A stretch of DNA of 64,000 nucleotides, taken from Catajapyx aquilonaris (Eukaryota). Location: positions 1 through 64,000 of the forward strand of contig JYFJ02000468.1 in NCBI GenBank assembly GCA_000934665.2. Reading direction: 5' to 3'. The position numbers and the translations under genes were made by a program. The notes under the pieces are model-generated. The model was given only the letters and a program-made list of their open reading frames with translations. It was not told where the DNA came from and did no database searches. This document shows, piece after piece, positions 38,290 to 51,443 of the stretch; within the stretch, counting starts at the first letter, position 1, and each line of letters opens with the position of its first letter.

Positions 38290-39144
38290 TTATTAAATTT
38301 TTGTTTCCATAAGCTAGCGTGACATTCTATGTAGTGTAATTTACTTCATTATTATGGTGTGCTCCTAATTTGGTAATAAAGGAATCACTACAATTACTTT
38401 ATGACGGAAAAGAGTGGATAATATTTAATTTCCAGCCACTGTCATATGCCATTCTATGTAATATAACAATATTCCGTCAGTAATCGGAGTGAGTCACAAT
38501 GGTGCAGCAGCGAAAAGGCCAGTCCTGAAGTGCGGAACGATCACAAAGGAATGACTTTGGATGTGGCGTTTAGAGAGCTCAATATTAATAACCACACGGA
38601 ATACCTATTAGTTACATTATCCAGGAATTTAGGAGAAATGACGATCTCTTTCTTGTCATTTTGATTGAATAGTCCAACAGTTTTTACTTTAAAACTTTAA
38701 TTATTTGGGAAGTGATCAAATCTGCCATAGCATACGTATAACAATATATAAAGTAATATAGACATTCCTTGATGAGCTTGGCATATGCACCTACTCGTTA
38801 ATATTAAGCAACCGTCTTCACTGATCATAACGTCTAGAAAGCAACATAACACTAGGAAAGTATGAAACAATAAATTTTTAATGGCGTTATGGAGTATATG
38901 ACTTCCTTCAATATTGTCACGTATAGCCCATTTCGTGCCATACTTTTCCCACATCCTATACAAACACATACACATCCTGAGGGACAAGCCCTCAACCAAA
39001 AGGTCACCCTGGAGATCCTGAGAGAGTCGTAACAATACCACAGCGTCTAACGGAAGGCAGTTGGGGAAATAATACATCTGGACAACGTCCCGTTGCAGGT
39101 ACTATAGCATTTGTCAAAAGATCTGTAAAAACTACGAATAAGTT

Positions 39145-40908
39145 TCACAGAGACTGATATTTACTTCTCGAATGGCGTTTGCATACTCCGAATATCAACA
39201 AAACAGTGACCAGTACTGAATACGACACACACAGAATCACAACGGCAATAATTATTCCATGATTCTCAGGTTCACCTGCAATAAAAATAGTTTTTTTTTC
39301 ATTTAGGAATAATTAATAATTACATCTAGGACAAGTTATTATTACCTGAGAGATGTCCGAAGCATTCTTCCTCCCAACTCTGAGGAACAAACTTGCTCAG
39401 TATGCTTGAGAATGTATCCCACGGACAATCCTGACCACATCCCGATGGGTTCAATAGCACAGGCTCATTCTCGGTCCCATTCCGGTAAAATAGCTGAGAA
39501 GGAAAGTGTCTTTGCAACTGAAACCGTCACAAATAATCTCACTTACTCTGGCATAGTTTCCGTTCGATGGCGACTGGTGCAATTCCAACATCAAAGTCGA
39601 GCCGAACATTGGAACCTGGTCTATATCATATCCCAGACACTGCATAATATTAATAATGATCACGTCGTGGCCAGAATACAAAAATACTGTTTGTTCTGAT
39701 GTTCCTTGCTCCAGTTGCATAATATTAGCACGCCATTTGTCAAACATTGGTCCTGAAAAAATTATAACGCAATGCGATGAGCCTATGACTGTTTCATTAT
39801 TTTAATTATTTAAGTTAACAATCAAACTTACCGCATCGGATTTTTTTCATTTTCATGGAGCCAGTTAACCCTTTTCTTTGCCATATTCGGAAAATAGGTT
39901 CTGTCCATTCAGGATAATAATTGTACACCCAGGATGGAGGAGGAATATTTAGTGAAAGCTTCCTAGGGCAAATTGGATAAAAATAATACAACTTATCGCT
40001 ATTTTTAAATAGTTAACATACAGCATAGTAATCATACCCGGAGGTCTATGTTGTCATGCCAATCTGAAATATTTTTGATGGTATTGAGCTCTAGCCCTGT
40101 CATGTTCTTGAATTGGTTCCAAATTGTTGAATTACTCAACATCTTCTGTACTTCTGTCGATTTTTCGAACGTTTCCCTTTCGACGTCATATCCAGGACAA
40201 TAACATTCGTTCTGTAAAAGCTGTCAAGAGGAAAAGGTGAGAAAAGGACCCCTAATTAGTGAATAATCGGACCCAAAATATGCCCAAAAAGGTCAATTGA
40301 TAGGAGTAATAATTAATTGGGTATAATTTCTTACTCTGTCATATTTGACTGGGACAGTGTGGATTGGAACCGGTTGCCACATCAAATCTTTGTTCCAAAT
40401 CTGACTTCCTTGTGGGGGATACAAGCCAGCCAGAACACACTCCGCTGTTGACAGGGCACGACCTTTGTCTGAACTTCGAACATTCACCGATTGTTCGGAG
40501 TAGTAGCCCAAAAATGACCCGTAACGCTCACGAAGATAGAGGCCGAATTGAAACATGCGATTTTTGCCATCCTGTAAATATACATCAGTTCATCAGCAAA
40601 GTGACCAATCCGTTACATGACGCATCTCTTACATTAGTGAGAGCTCCAAATCCTCCTGTCCAGAGAGATTCATTTCCATATGGGTCAGTGGGCCCTAAAC
40701 TCATTAGAGCATTGCGATCACCGTGACGAAATATCTGAAAAATGTCAGTAATTTTTGGATGAATCGTGCAATAGCCTACGATTACTACAAGAAAAATGTA
40801 ACTTACGATGTGCAACGTTCTCAGCGACTGATATGCCGTATCAGATGGTGCTGCCAAGGAGACCGTACATAAACGGGCAATGCACAACGTTAGAAATAAT
40901 TTAGCCAT
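39145..40908 (-). CDS. AP8: histidine acid phosphatase, type I membrane form with terminal YQSL
   Basis: Signal exon MAKLFLTLCIARLCTVSLA, RHGDRNA, RSSDKGRALSTA, SGHDV. Terminal exon GIIIAVVILCVSYSVLVTVLLIFGVCKRHSRSKYQSL*. Confidence 0.85.
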
Positions 40909-41594
40909 GCTTAATGCATCTGTTGTGAATGTAGTCTAACACTCGACTTCTGGTTACTAATGTAAAAGTGTGACAAATGATAAGAACAGAAAATAGGGCC
41001 AGATAATTTTTATTGCGAAATGAGCTAACCAGCTGAACTGACGCTACAGTTACCACAATCGTAGAAGATAAGGGTCACATACGTGTTATGTCACAATAGC
41101 TCATCCCGCACACCGCCCGTAAGGTTACCTGGTTCATAAGGTGGTGAAATAACCATCGTGATGTAATTGCAAGTTGACAATTTTGTGGGGATATTTAAAG
41201 AAAATACATCGATGTGACCCTGGGTTATGACACACATTGTGAGTTTATTATATTGTAAAAATTTAGTGTAGATATTTTGAAGTTTAAGTTATATCAAGCG
41301 CAACGTTGCAAAAGTTGTGGAACCTTTTCCCCACATAATCGGTATGCTACCTGTAGCAGATAACGTGTCAAGGTTTATCGATAACAGAGGAAACACACTC
41401 CCACACTTGTCCAAAATTACACACTATTTAATCGTTCATTTTCACATATATCAGACTGCAATACGCACAATAATGAGCATAGTGATGAGGTACCATGAGG
41501 ACGCAAGGGTCTTGAAGGATGAGTAATGTGTATCAACAGTTTGCATAAGACAACAAATGTGTGCACTTATTGCAATAGTTATGTCCTTAGTTCT

Positions 41595-43664
41595 TTATTT
41601 GTTTATTGCGATATAATAATGGTAGTTGAAGAGATTCACTGTGATGTAAGTACTTTCGTCTCACTGGAATTCTCCGTATGACGAGAACTATTGTGAAGAT
41701 GACAAAAACCAAGTATGCGAGCCCTATCAGAGCAATTGGCACGTAGTCAGTGTTGTATACATTATCTGAAAAACAAAATCCGTAAGAGAGTAGTGATGTT
41801 GATGTGTTACACGACTAATGGTCAGTTTTACAACTGGTCGGATGATTCTGGTCCAAGCGCCAAAATTATGGTTAAACTGCAGCTTCTAATGAAAACAAAC
41901 CTGACACTTTAACGACGTCTATAACCATGCTATTTTATGTATAAAACCTACCTTCACCAGCAATCAATCTGCATTCTTTATCCCAACTCTCAGGAATGTA
42001 AGTATTTAAGTTCTCCAGGAAAGTTTCCATGGGACAACCAGGGTCACATCCTAAGGGGCTTAAAATGTCAGGCTCACTCTCCGTACCATTAAGATACAGC
42101 ACCTGTAAATTAACGGACATTTGTTGGGACATGACATTTTACTCAATGACTGGTGAGCACGTGCCGGTTGTGAGAGATAAGGTGATAAAGCGACACATTC
42201 GAGGCTTAAAAATAAAAGAATTGGGCCAGTCTTACCCTGACGTAATGTTCCAAACTGGAATCTTGATGAACTTCTATGATCAAGGCGGACCCGAAAGGAG
42301 GTATCCAGCATTGTGTAATACTATCATATCCCAAGCAATCTAACAGGCTCGAAAGAACGATGTCATGTGTGGAATATAGGAATATGCGCATGTCGTTGAT
42401 AGTCCCACTTTGCAGCTGGCGTAAATGGTTTTGCCATTCTTCAAATAAAGGACCTTTGAAAGAGTAATAGTCATTGTATAATTCCGCAACGTAGCTTGTA
42501 AAGAGGTCCTAGTTAATTAATTAAAATACTAAACGAACCGCATCGAATGTTTTTCATTCTGATAGTAGAGGTCCAGTTGTTGTAGCGGCAGCCAAAGATA
42601 CGTGTCCATTCAGGATAGAACTCGTATATCCAATCAGCAGGTGTCATATTGTGCTGCATCTGCAGTTGTTGGGAAACACAACACGAATATAGTTCTTGCA
42701 TATTGGCGCGATCACATAATGTCACTTTCATGTGTTAGCAGACCATACGGTTTTCTGTAGCCTGATTATGAATAAAGTACCTGAATATTCACTGTGTCAT
42801 GGAATTCTGCAATTTGTTGTGTGCTCACGACTGTTTGTGCTGTGATCTTTTGGAAGCGCTTCAGCTTCGTAATGTTCTTCTTCATTAGCTCTTGCGCCTC
42901 AGATCCGTTTAGGTAGTTATTGTGCTCTTCGAAATAAACAGGGCAGTCGGCATCATGATTCAGCAACTGAAAATATTACACCTTACTGTGAAAGATACCT
43001 GTAATGTGTGGGGAAGGAATAACCTTCCCACTGATCTTTGCTACAAACTACTCTCCTTGCTCAACTATTAATGATGTCGTTACACCTCGTGTCTGTTACT
43101 TACCCTGTCCCCTTTTAAGGGTACTGTATGCACTGGAATTGGATTCCACAGCAAATCTTCATTCCAAATTTGGCCACCTTGAGGTGGGTAGAGACTCGCC
43201 AAAAGACACTGTGCACTATTCAATGTTCGAGACTTATCAGAGCTCCTGACCCAGACAGTAGCCTCAGAGTAGGGCCCTATGAACTCTCCGTACTTATCTC
43301 GCAGGTACTCTCCCAGACGATACATGCGCAATTTTCCTTCCTGCAAAACGTTGCGTGTCAACAACATATTGAAAGCAACAGTGATGGTTCTTACGTCAGT
43401 GAGTGCTCCAAAGCCACCTGGCCAATTAGAGGCATTCTTGTATGGATCAAGAGGTCCTAAATTTATACGAGGATTTCGGTCACCATGCCGGAACATCTGA
43501 AAAGGAACGATTTCTATTAGTCATGCCATTACACACTAAAAGTAATACATAAGTATGCTTACTACGTGAAGCAAGACTATCGATGTGTTTTGTGAAGATA
43601 TGTCGCTTTTGGCATCATTGCAGCAAAACAGCAAGCAAATTATGTTGAACACGATATGCTTCAT
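41595..43664 (-). CDS. AP9: histidine acid phosphatase, type I membrane form
   Basis: Signal exon MKHIVFNIICLLFCC, RHGDRNP, RSSDKSRTLNSA, STHDI. Terminal exon YVPIALIGLAYLVFVIFTIVLVIRR...LYIAINK*. Confidence 0.88.
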
Positions 43665-44015
43665 GCTCAATTAGGATCAAGCACTTCAGTTATGATGACT
43701 GTCGGTGCCGTTGCCTCTCTTAGATGCTTCTGTTTTGATACATCCTTTGATAACATATCACATGGGCACAGAGCTCAGTCAGCAGAAAAGTAGTACGCTA
43801 ACTGATGCTGTACTTATCACAACAATGATGCTGTATTTTGACGATCGAAGCCACCGACGAATTATTACTGTTGCTCGTCATCTTTCAACAGTGAGGTCCT
43901 TGCACTAGGAATGTTCGTTGTGCAGTATTGTGTATGTATTTTTTTTCTTTGTGAGGATTCATAAATGATAGATATATCTCGCTTATCGGTCATATGGATC
44001 GATGATATTAAATTT

Positions 44016-44760
44016 ATGGCGAGAGAGCAGCAATGTCTATCCTGTCTATCATTGTGCTGCAATGCTACTGTATACATTAAAATTATTATGTCGGTAAAAA
44101 CTGTTTAGAGATGACCCTGGATCTAGGAAAAACTTGCTCATCAGCATGAACCGTTGCGAAGTACTGTTGATAAACGGTATATATGTAGCACAATGGATAC
44201 GCAGAATGATATTTATGGTATATTGGATGATTTATACATTTCTCGATATGCTAATTTCGTGTAGTACAAGCATTCCTTTGCAATCCTGGCTGTATGAACT
44301 CATTGCCAGTTAATTTTGAGAGTCGGCTCAATAGGAAGGATATTTAGAAGATCCACGCGTAAAGATGAATAATAATATTACCGTAGACATTATTAATTTC
44401 CACATACACGCTACCATGCAGCATTCGAAGCCACGGAGTATGAAAACCGAAAGGTATACAGTACGGTAACATGATAGATGTGCTATTTGGTTATTCGAGA
44501 ACCGCCCATCAAAAATCCTACTAAGTTAGCTATATAAAGTTTTGATTATATTACATCCTATTTTAGGAACTCGACTGCTTTACCGAGAAGCTGGCCGGAA
44601 AGATCCGGTTGATTCTACTTTATTATACCTTTGCGTCAATACCAAGCAAGGACAACTAACCACCATCCATGCTGTATCCTACGTTAGCTCGCATTGTTTT
44701 TATTTTTACCTTGTTTTCTTGCAGCCTATTCACACGTTGTTTTGCAAGGATGTTTACCTA
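44016..44760. repeat. Middle copy of a triplicated intergenic spacer
   Basis: High similarity to about 29740-30290 and 51756-52590 (for example ATGGCGAGAGAGCAGCAATGTCTATCCTGT, GTTTAGAGATGACCCTGGATC, CACGGAGTATGAAAACC). Confidence 0.9.
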
Positions 44761-44796
44761 GCCTTCAGCAGGATCAGTATGCTTCGTTCTTACTGA

Positions 44797-45028
44797 AGGG
44801 ACATTTCCCTTGTGCACAATTCAATCTCACTATACTATATGATCGCTAATGTAGTCCCATTGTGTATGAAAAATGTATTATTTTTGGCACTTGAAGACGT
44901 CTTAACTTTTGAAAATATGGGCCTCAAATATTTCATTTTTGGTCATCATATATTGTTCTTATTAGCATGTTAATATTAGCATGTTAAATGTCATCAAAAT
45001 CCGTCATTATCACCCGGGATCTGTCCCT
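44797..45028. mobile_element. Internally deleted copy of the foldback element at 52597-53336
   Basis: Keeps about 13 bp of the left end (AGGGACATTTCCC) joined to the outer ~210 bp of the right arm. Confidence 0.75.
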
Positions 45029-45223
45029 TGAGAACCTAATAATATTATTTATTGCTTTTTTCGGAGTACTGGTCTTTTTTGCTCATTCTTAATTAGTGCC
45101 GACCTTGTCCTTGATCATTGACTCCTCTGCGAAATATCCTTGACCGACTCCTTATTAGGAGGTGTATACGTGTGAGACCCGTTCCACTTTCATCATTTTG
45201 AACTCCTCACTCAGCTGTGAAAG

Positions 45224-46321
45224 ATGGCACCCCAGTCACCCGAGGTTCAAGTGACCCAAGACGACCTCCAGGAGTGGGCGTTGGCCACAGCGACACCGGC
45301 TCTGGACACCCCTTCCCTGGACGATCCTCCTCCAACATGGGTGGACAAGCAAAAGTTCAAAAGAGGGCAAGAATTTGCCGTCAGATACATGGGAATCATC
45401 AGCTTGACTGGCCTCCTTGGCTCGGCCATTTCCTTCACCGTGGCCACCATCGAAAAAGTGCTCGGCTACAACGGATCTTTCAAGTCTGTTCCAAACTGCT
45501 ATCGACGCATACGAGTCACAAAAGACCACATTTGGGCCTGGTTGATGGGAGACCTGTGGGATCCATCTGACAAGTCCTACAAGATGATGGCGAGTCTCCA
45601 GAAGTTGCACAAAAGAGTGGGCATCGTGGCCAACCAGAGGAAAGAGGAAGTGGACAGATTCACTATGGACACCACCACTGAACCCCAGGTCAGCAAACAA
45701 TGCGTCGCATGGCCTCTGCTGCAGAAGGACTGGCAGTCACTCAAATCCAAGGGATGGAACCAGCCAGCCTTCCAGTATCCAGAGGACACCATGTACATGA
45801 GCCAGTTCGACTCTGCTGCTGTCATCTTTGGTTTGGCAGCACCGACCGTGGGGTATCCGGAGAAACTTGGTCTCCACGACGCCACCAAAGAAGATCTAGA
45901 GGGTTTCCTCCACTTTAATCGAGTCGTGGCCTACTATCTAGGGGTGGAGGACAGGTTCAACCCGTGCTCCGGAACCATCGAGGAATTCAGGGATTATGTG
46001 TGGAAGTATTTCAGCAGCATAGTTCTCCCCTCATTCCAAAGCATGTCCAAGGAGAACGAATTCTTCTTCAGAATCCACTTGGAGGCCCTGGGGACGAGAA
46101 GCAGATTGATAAAACTATTGTCTCCGCCTCCAGAAACAATGTTTCTTCTGCTTGGCTGGACTTTGGATGTGAAAATGCCTTTTTTCTACAGCTCGGTCAG
46201 CTGGTATGCTAAATTTTACTATTGGATTTTCAAATTTCTTACCTCTGTGCTTATGCGAATCTCTTTTGTCCGGACGATTGTTAACCACTTTGCGGAAGTA
46301 ATGTTTGTGAAGAATTTTTGA
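45224..46321 (+). CDS. OX2: MpaB/Lcp-like (DUF2236) protein, 365 aa, coding-intronless
   Basis: Near-identical paralog of OX1 with the same length and motifs. Confidence 0.8.
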   Translation: MAPQSPEVQVTQDDLQEWALATATPALDTPSLDDPPPTWVDKQKFKRGQEFAVRYMGIISLTGLLGSAISFTVATIEKVLGYNGSFKSVPNCYRRIRVTKDHIWAWLMGDLWDPSDKSYKMMASLQKLHKRVGIVANQRKEEVDRFTMDTTTEPQVSKQCVAWPLLQKDWQSLKSKGWNQPAFQYPEDTMYMSQFDSAAVIFGLAAPTVGYPEKLGLHDATKEDLEGFLHFNRVVAYYLGVEDRFNPCSGTIEEFRDYVWKYFSSIVLPSFQSMSKENEFFFRIHLEALGTRSRLIKLLSPPPETMFLLLGWTLDVKMPFFYSSVSWYAKFYYWIFKFLTSVLMRISFVRTIVNHFAEVMFVKNF

Positions 46322-46700
46322 TTATTACATTTTTGTTTCCATAAGCTAGTTTGGCATTCAAAGTAGTGTAATTTACTCTGTTATTATGGTGTCCTACTAA
46401 TTTGGTAATAAAGGAATCACTACAATTTATGAAGGAAAAGAGTGCATAATTTTTTAATTTCCAGCCACTGTCATATGCCATTCTATGCAATATAACAATA
46501 TTCCGTCAGTAATCGGAGTGAGTCACAATGGGCGAAGCAGCGAAAAAGCACGGGCCTTTTAAGAAAGTCCTGAAGTGCGGAACGATCACTAGGAAGTGAC
46601 TTTCAGGATCCTTCATTTTCAGTGCACTATTTTTAAAGCATTTTCCACTTGACGACCTTTGTAATTCCTCCAGCTGAAACCTGATAATGCTATTAAAAAC

Positions 46701-47003
46701 CGAAGCAATTTGGAGGAGGGGATATGGTGTCCGACTGCTAATCGGGAGGTCCTCCGATCAAATCCCGGGACAGGCAACACTGACCGTGGTTTTCTGTCTT
46801 TTCCCACGGTCCTTCCAGGGAAATTCCGGAGTTGCTTCCGTAATTAATAGGCCACAGCCACTTCCTTTTGTCCCTATCCTATCCCAAAGAGCACAGTAAA
46901 ATGAAAGCAGAGTTCCAGGCAAAACAAACTTCCCCCCAAAAGAGCCGATGGCTTATAACGGGGTATGAATTATTATGAATTATTGTTAAAATGCTAATAC
47001 TTG
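46701..47003 (+). mobile_element. tRNA-derived SINE insertion
   Basis: Contains GACTGCTAATCGGGAGGTCC...TCAAATCCCGG, is flanked by TAAAAAC on both sides, and is absent from the paralogous site at about 55005. Confidence 0.7.
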
Positions 47004-47479
47004 TAAAAACAATTACATTAAATGTTGGTTCCTATTTCACTCCCGACCCAGTTGGCACTATAGGAACACTGTAGAAGCCAAACCTTCAGCAGTAGATCTG
47101 TGGAATCTGCTAGATCCGAACAATAATTGTCCGTAATTCAGTCTTCCTAAAATGTTGTTCAACATTAAGTATGTGCAATGTTGTATGTACAGAACCAATA
47201 TTACTTTGTAAATCTAGAATGTATTTAAAATCCACAGTTACGCGTTCGATTATTCCATACCTGCTCAGAACCGAATATTTATTAATAATAACTTAGTTGG
47301 TGTAATTTATCACTGTGTTATTACTTGATCGCTAGTATTGCTTTAAGAGATCTTATACGATGGTATCACTTTGAGAGGGCATTATTATCCCTGAACAATC
47401 CCCTATTAGGATTTTTATTAGTCACTAGCAGGATACCCGGCGTTGCTCGGGTTATGAAATACTTTTCCATAGGAGTGAC

Positions 47480-47762
47480 CAAAGAGTTCTGCTATTATAT
47501 AATATAATACCTAGAGGAGGTACTCCCTGTCCTTTAGACAGGCTGAGGCAGCGGCCATCTTGTTGGAGGTAACATTGTTGTTCTAACAGTTGTCTAGCAA
47601 CTGGGACAACAACCAATAATGACAACTGGGCGACAATTAGTTCAAATAATGTCAGGCGTCCGCCATCTTGTTGGAGGTAATATTGTTGCCTGCATTGTTG
47701 CCTGCCTCACATTTCAGGCCGAGTGCCTCCTCTAGGTGTATATAATATAGCAGAACTCTTTG
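47480..47762. mobile_element. P-superfamily-like MITE nested in the Helitron
   Basis: TIRs CAAAGAGTTCTGCTA...TAGCAGAACTCTTTG; 8-bp TSD GGAGTGAC at 47472-47479 and 47763-47770. Confidence 0.82.
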
Positions 47763-49639
47763 GGAGTGACTCATTGATTTGGTAGTTACCTTTGCAATAA
47801 TTGTGGCTATACAATGTTGGCATACCAGTAACATGGAGCATATTGCATGTGCATGAAGTCCAAACAACACGCTGCGGATGTCGGATTGTAAGAGAGTACA
47901 CAATACGCCTTAAAAATCCAGCAAAAGTATGTAATGAAAAATTGAAGGTTGTGCAGTAAATGTAGAATGTAGAAGCTCCAGCATGGCAGCTAGAGCTTAC
48001 AATCTGACATTCAATGTGTGTTTTTTAGGATTTGATGCGCATGCAATGGTATATACATGGTATAGCCAATTACGTTCATAATTGCATAGATGAAGCGTGT
48101 TGTCTCGAAGCTTCATTACCATGCTCCTGACTACTCATGATGAGAGCAATCTCATTGCAAAGAAGGTTGATTGAGTCGACCACGATGCTCACCTTGTGGT
48201 CGCTTGTCTGCATCGATGACCAAGTCAAATTCCAGATGAGGAGGACTCTCCAGTGCAAGTTTGAAGCTCTTGATATAAGTGTGAGTGGAATGGATCATCT
48301 CCTGAAGTTGCAGTATGATGTCGAGGCGTGTGCCGTTTAAGTAGGTGCAACGGTATTCCGCCTGCTGTTGCATGTTCCCCACGAAGTAAAGTTGCAGAAA
48401 CGGCGGACTCTCATTTTCTGAGGGAAGGAGTGATCCCATGCGATGGTAAATTTGCCCTTGCACTTTGAATGTAGGCATGAAGCCCCCTTCTCTAACAACG
48501 TTGGCCTCAAAAGATGTCATCTGGAAGGCCGAATTGTAATTTCTGATGGTCTTCAGGAAATGTTTTGAATCAGGTGATGTGCCTATAAGAGGAGCATTTT
48601 AAGTAGCTGTGGAGGCTCAGCCAGTAGAGGAAGGCTAACCTTTCGAATGGAGCAACAGATCGTTTTTGTTTCACTCTTCCACTTCTTTGCCTGACAATGG
48701 TGGCATACCTCTGACATAGATCCAATTGCAACAACACCGACAGAAGAATTATTGTCCATGTCTGCTGAGTAGTGGAAAGCGGCATGTAGGAGGTGGGTTG
48801 ATGAAAATAGAGCTATAATCTCCGACTGATGGCCGCGTTTCTCATAGAGTGAAGATATGCTTGGTGTTCTTCCTCAGTCTCTTGGTCCCTCATCCTTAGC
48901 CGAACTCTGCGTGTATCCAATGCGCTTCTGCCAATGCTGCTATGTTTTTAGGCCCATCTTAAAGGCGTTGGGGTGTTGAGAATGTGGAGGTCCAAACGTT
49001 ACAAAGTGAAAAAACAAACAAATGCAAAAAAAGTTTGAAAACTGCATGACACAGTACCTAGGTAGACCACATTATACCACACCTTATATACCTTATACCT
49101 TTATACCACACCTTAAACAAACGATTGAAAACTACATGACACAGAACGTAACACAGTTCGGAACAGGAGAATTCCGACAAAAAGAACCTGACACAGTACG
49201 TAGAGGAAAAGGTATGGCAAAAAAAGTACTCCAAGAAAATTCCGACAGGCTGCCTGAGCAAACAACCCAAAACCGCTATTCTTACATACAGCGCATTTGC
49301 AGTGTACCACCAGCTCTAACCCTGGGCCTGCCCCGAGGCCGTAGCTGGACCGTGCCACCGTGTCTATAGGATAAAAATGGAATGAGATACTATAGAATAG
49401 CAAGATATGGAACTCGTTGAATATTATGAACTAAACGTGATCATCACCCAATCACACCAGTAGTCTCGTAACCAAGGCAACAATGTGTAATAATAAATTC
49501 TAAATTGGAACAATAAAGTATGCAACCAATGTGAGTGCAAAACACTGACCAAAGTACAGCCAACACGTAGAAATGTAATGACACTGATGCGCTGGAGGTG
49601 GTGGCAGGGAGGGAGGGGGGAGGGGAGGAGGGAGGGAGA

Positions 49640-49643
<4 letters not shown>

Positions 49644-49700
<57 letters not shown>
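49644..49700 (+). repeat. (GA)n microsatellite within the Helitron
   Basis: Uninterrupted GA dinucleotide run. Confidence 0.97.
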
Positions 49701-49703
<3 letters not shown>

Positions 49704-50011
49704 GGAAGGAATATGGTTTCCAGGGCAACTGAACAGCATTATTAGAACACAGGGGGCCAACATCCAAAGTCCTTTTCGCCTCCTGTGGCCCCATATGACC
49801 TCGGAGGTAAATTCCAATGTGCCTATGTTATTCCCGGTAAAAAACTACCCCTGGTGATACCCCTGGGGCATATGTTGGGGCCTCCGTACGGATTTGCATA
49901 GCGAACAAAAGACAGACAGACAGACAGACAGATATATACGTCCAGAAATATGTATTAGATGCCATTACACACTAAACTAAGTACTATTGTACATAATATA
50001 ATTATGCTTAC

Positions 50012-50113
50012 TACGTGAAGCAAGATTATCTATGTGTTTTGTGAAGATATGTCGCTTTTGGCATATTTGCAGCAAAGCAGCAAGAAAATTATGTTGAACA
50101 TGATATGCTTCAT
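50012..50113 (-). pseudogene. Orphan duplicate of AP9 exon 1, with its upstream flank to about 50450
   Basis: Aligns to 43563-43664 with a TCG-to-TAG stop. Downstream exons are absent and the intron is interrupted by the Helitron. Confidence 0.88.
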
Positions 50114-50599
50114 GTTCAATTATTAGGATCAAGCACGTCAGTTATGATGACTGTCAGTGCCGTTGCCACTCTTAGATTCTTGTGTTTTGATACATCCTTG
50201 GTATTGATAACATATCTCATGGGCACAGATCTCACGCAGTCAGCAGAACTAGCTAACTGAAGCTATCCGTATTACAACCTTACAATGATGCTGTATTTTG
50301 ACGATCGAAGCCGCACCGACGAATTACTGTTGCTCTTCTTTCAACAGTGCTGTCCTTGCACTATAGGTATATTCGTTGTGCAGTACTGTGTATGTTTTTT
50401 CTTTGTGAGGATTCATAAATGATACATTTATCTCGCTTATCGGTCATATGGTTATTAAACTTTCATCTTTAATCCCTCTGTACCAAGGGAATTGATTCAT
50501 GGATTTGTCCACACGAGCTTATTGGAGGTATTGTATTAAAAAAATTACACTACACAGAGAAAGATATGCCATTTATCGATTTATGGATCAAGACCCAAA

Positions 50600-51129
50600 A
50601 CAGTCACTTCTTCAAAAGAACACCGGATAGATGTCCACCTTTGCGGGCAACACATTCCTCCAAGCGCCGGACGAAACCCTTCATAACACGCTCCAGCATG
50701 TCCAGGGAAATGTTTCTCACGGCGTGTGGTCAAATCCGGCGACCGCAGCGGCCATGGAATGAATGCCTCCAAATCTCGAAATGACCCGGCCGAGAAACAC
50801 CCGTCGTAAGACAGCCATATGGACTGACACTGACGGGCTGTATATGAGATGTTGCTCTGTCTTGTTGGAACCATATCTGATCTCGATTGGCCACCTCCGG
50901 AAGTAATAACTCTTGCAACATCTGCACGTAGCGATCTCGATTCACGGTGAGAGTACGACCGCGAGTGGCCTCAAAGAAATACGGGCCTATGATGCCGAAC
51001 CATGCAACGCCGCACCACACTGTCACACGTTCACTGTGCAGAGGTTTCTCGTGCAGATGTAACGGAAGGTGGGACGAGCAATGGTTCCTCAAGAGGTGGC
51101 TCGGAGTGGCCCAGAATACTCCGGGGTAC
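50600..51129 (-). mobile_element. Tc1/mariner (Tc3-like) transposase remnant
   Basis: Peptides LHSERVTVWCG...IIGPYFF...TVNRDRYVQML...WFQQDRATSH and WPLRSPDLT, frameshifted. Confidence 0.85.
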
Positions 51130-51443
51130 TGTACATGCGCAACTTTCCAACCTGCAAGGACACTGCCTCGTACAATGACACCAGATTGTGTGTGAGTAGC
51201 GATACGTACATTAGTCAGCTGGCCCCAACCTTCAGGCCAGTACGAAGAGTTATTGTCGGGTATGGCTCGATTGGTGTTCTCTCGCCATGTCTGAAAAACT
51301 GGATCATCGCATAATCGACTTAAAATATCCAAGATATGATCCAAGCCTTACCACATGAAGTGTCGCAACGTGTCGTTTTTGACAGAAATCGACAGGCCGA
51401 AAATGGATCACAGGAACACGAGGTAGCCGAAAATACTGGTCAT
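51130..51443 (-). pseudogene. 5' duplicate of AP7 (exons 1-2 and start of exon 3)
   Basis: Aligns to about 29130-29454 with 1-bp deletions in exon 1 and a 10-bp deletion in exon 2. Truncated at the transposase remnant. Upstream similarity continues to about 52370. Confidence 0.92.

Larger units (their letters stand above)
47425..49959 (-). mobile_element. Non-autonomous Helitron with both ends intact
   Basis: On the minus strand it starts TC at 49959 with a (CTGT)n tract and ends with hairpin CCCGAGCAACGCCGGG plus CTAG at 47425. It is inserted between A and T without a TSD and carries a Rep/helicase N-terminal fragment (MTSF...PTFKVQGQIYHRMGSLLP...FLQLYF, 48152-48520). Confidence 0.92.

Noticed and set aside
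49444..49817. ORFs with (SL)n runs
   Set aside because: Translation of the (GA)n microsatellite inside the Helitron.
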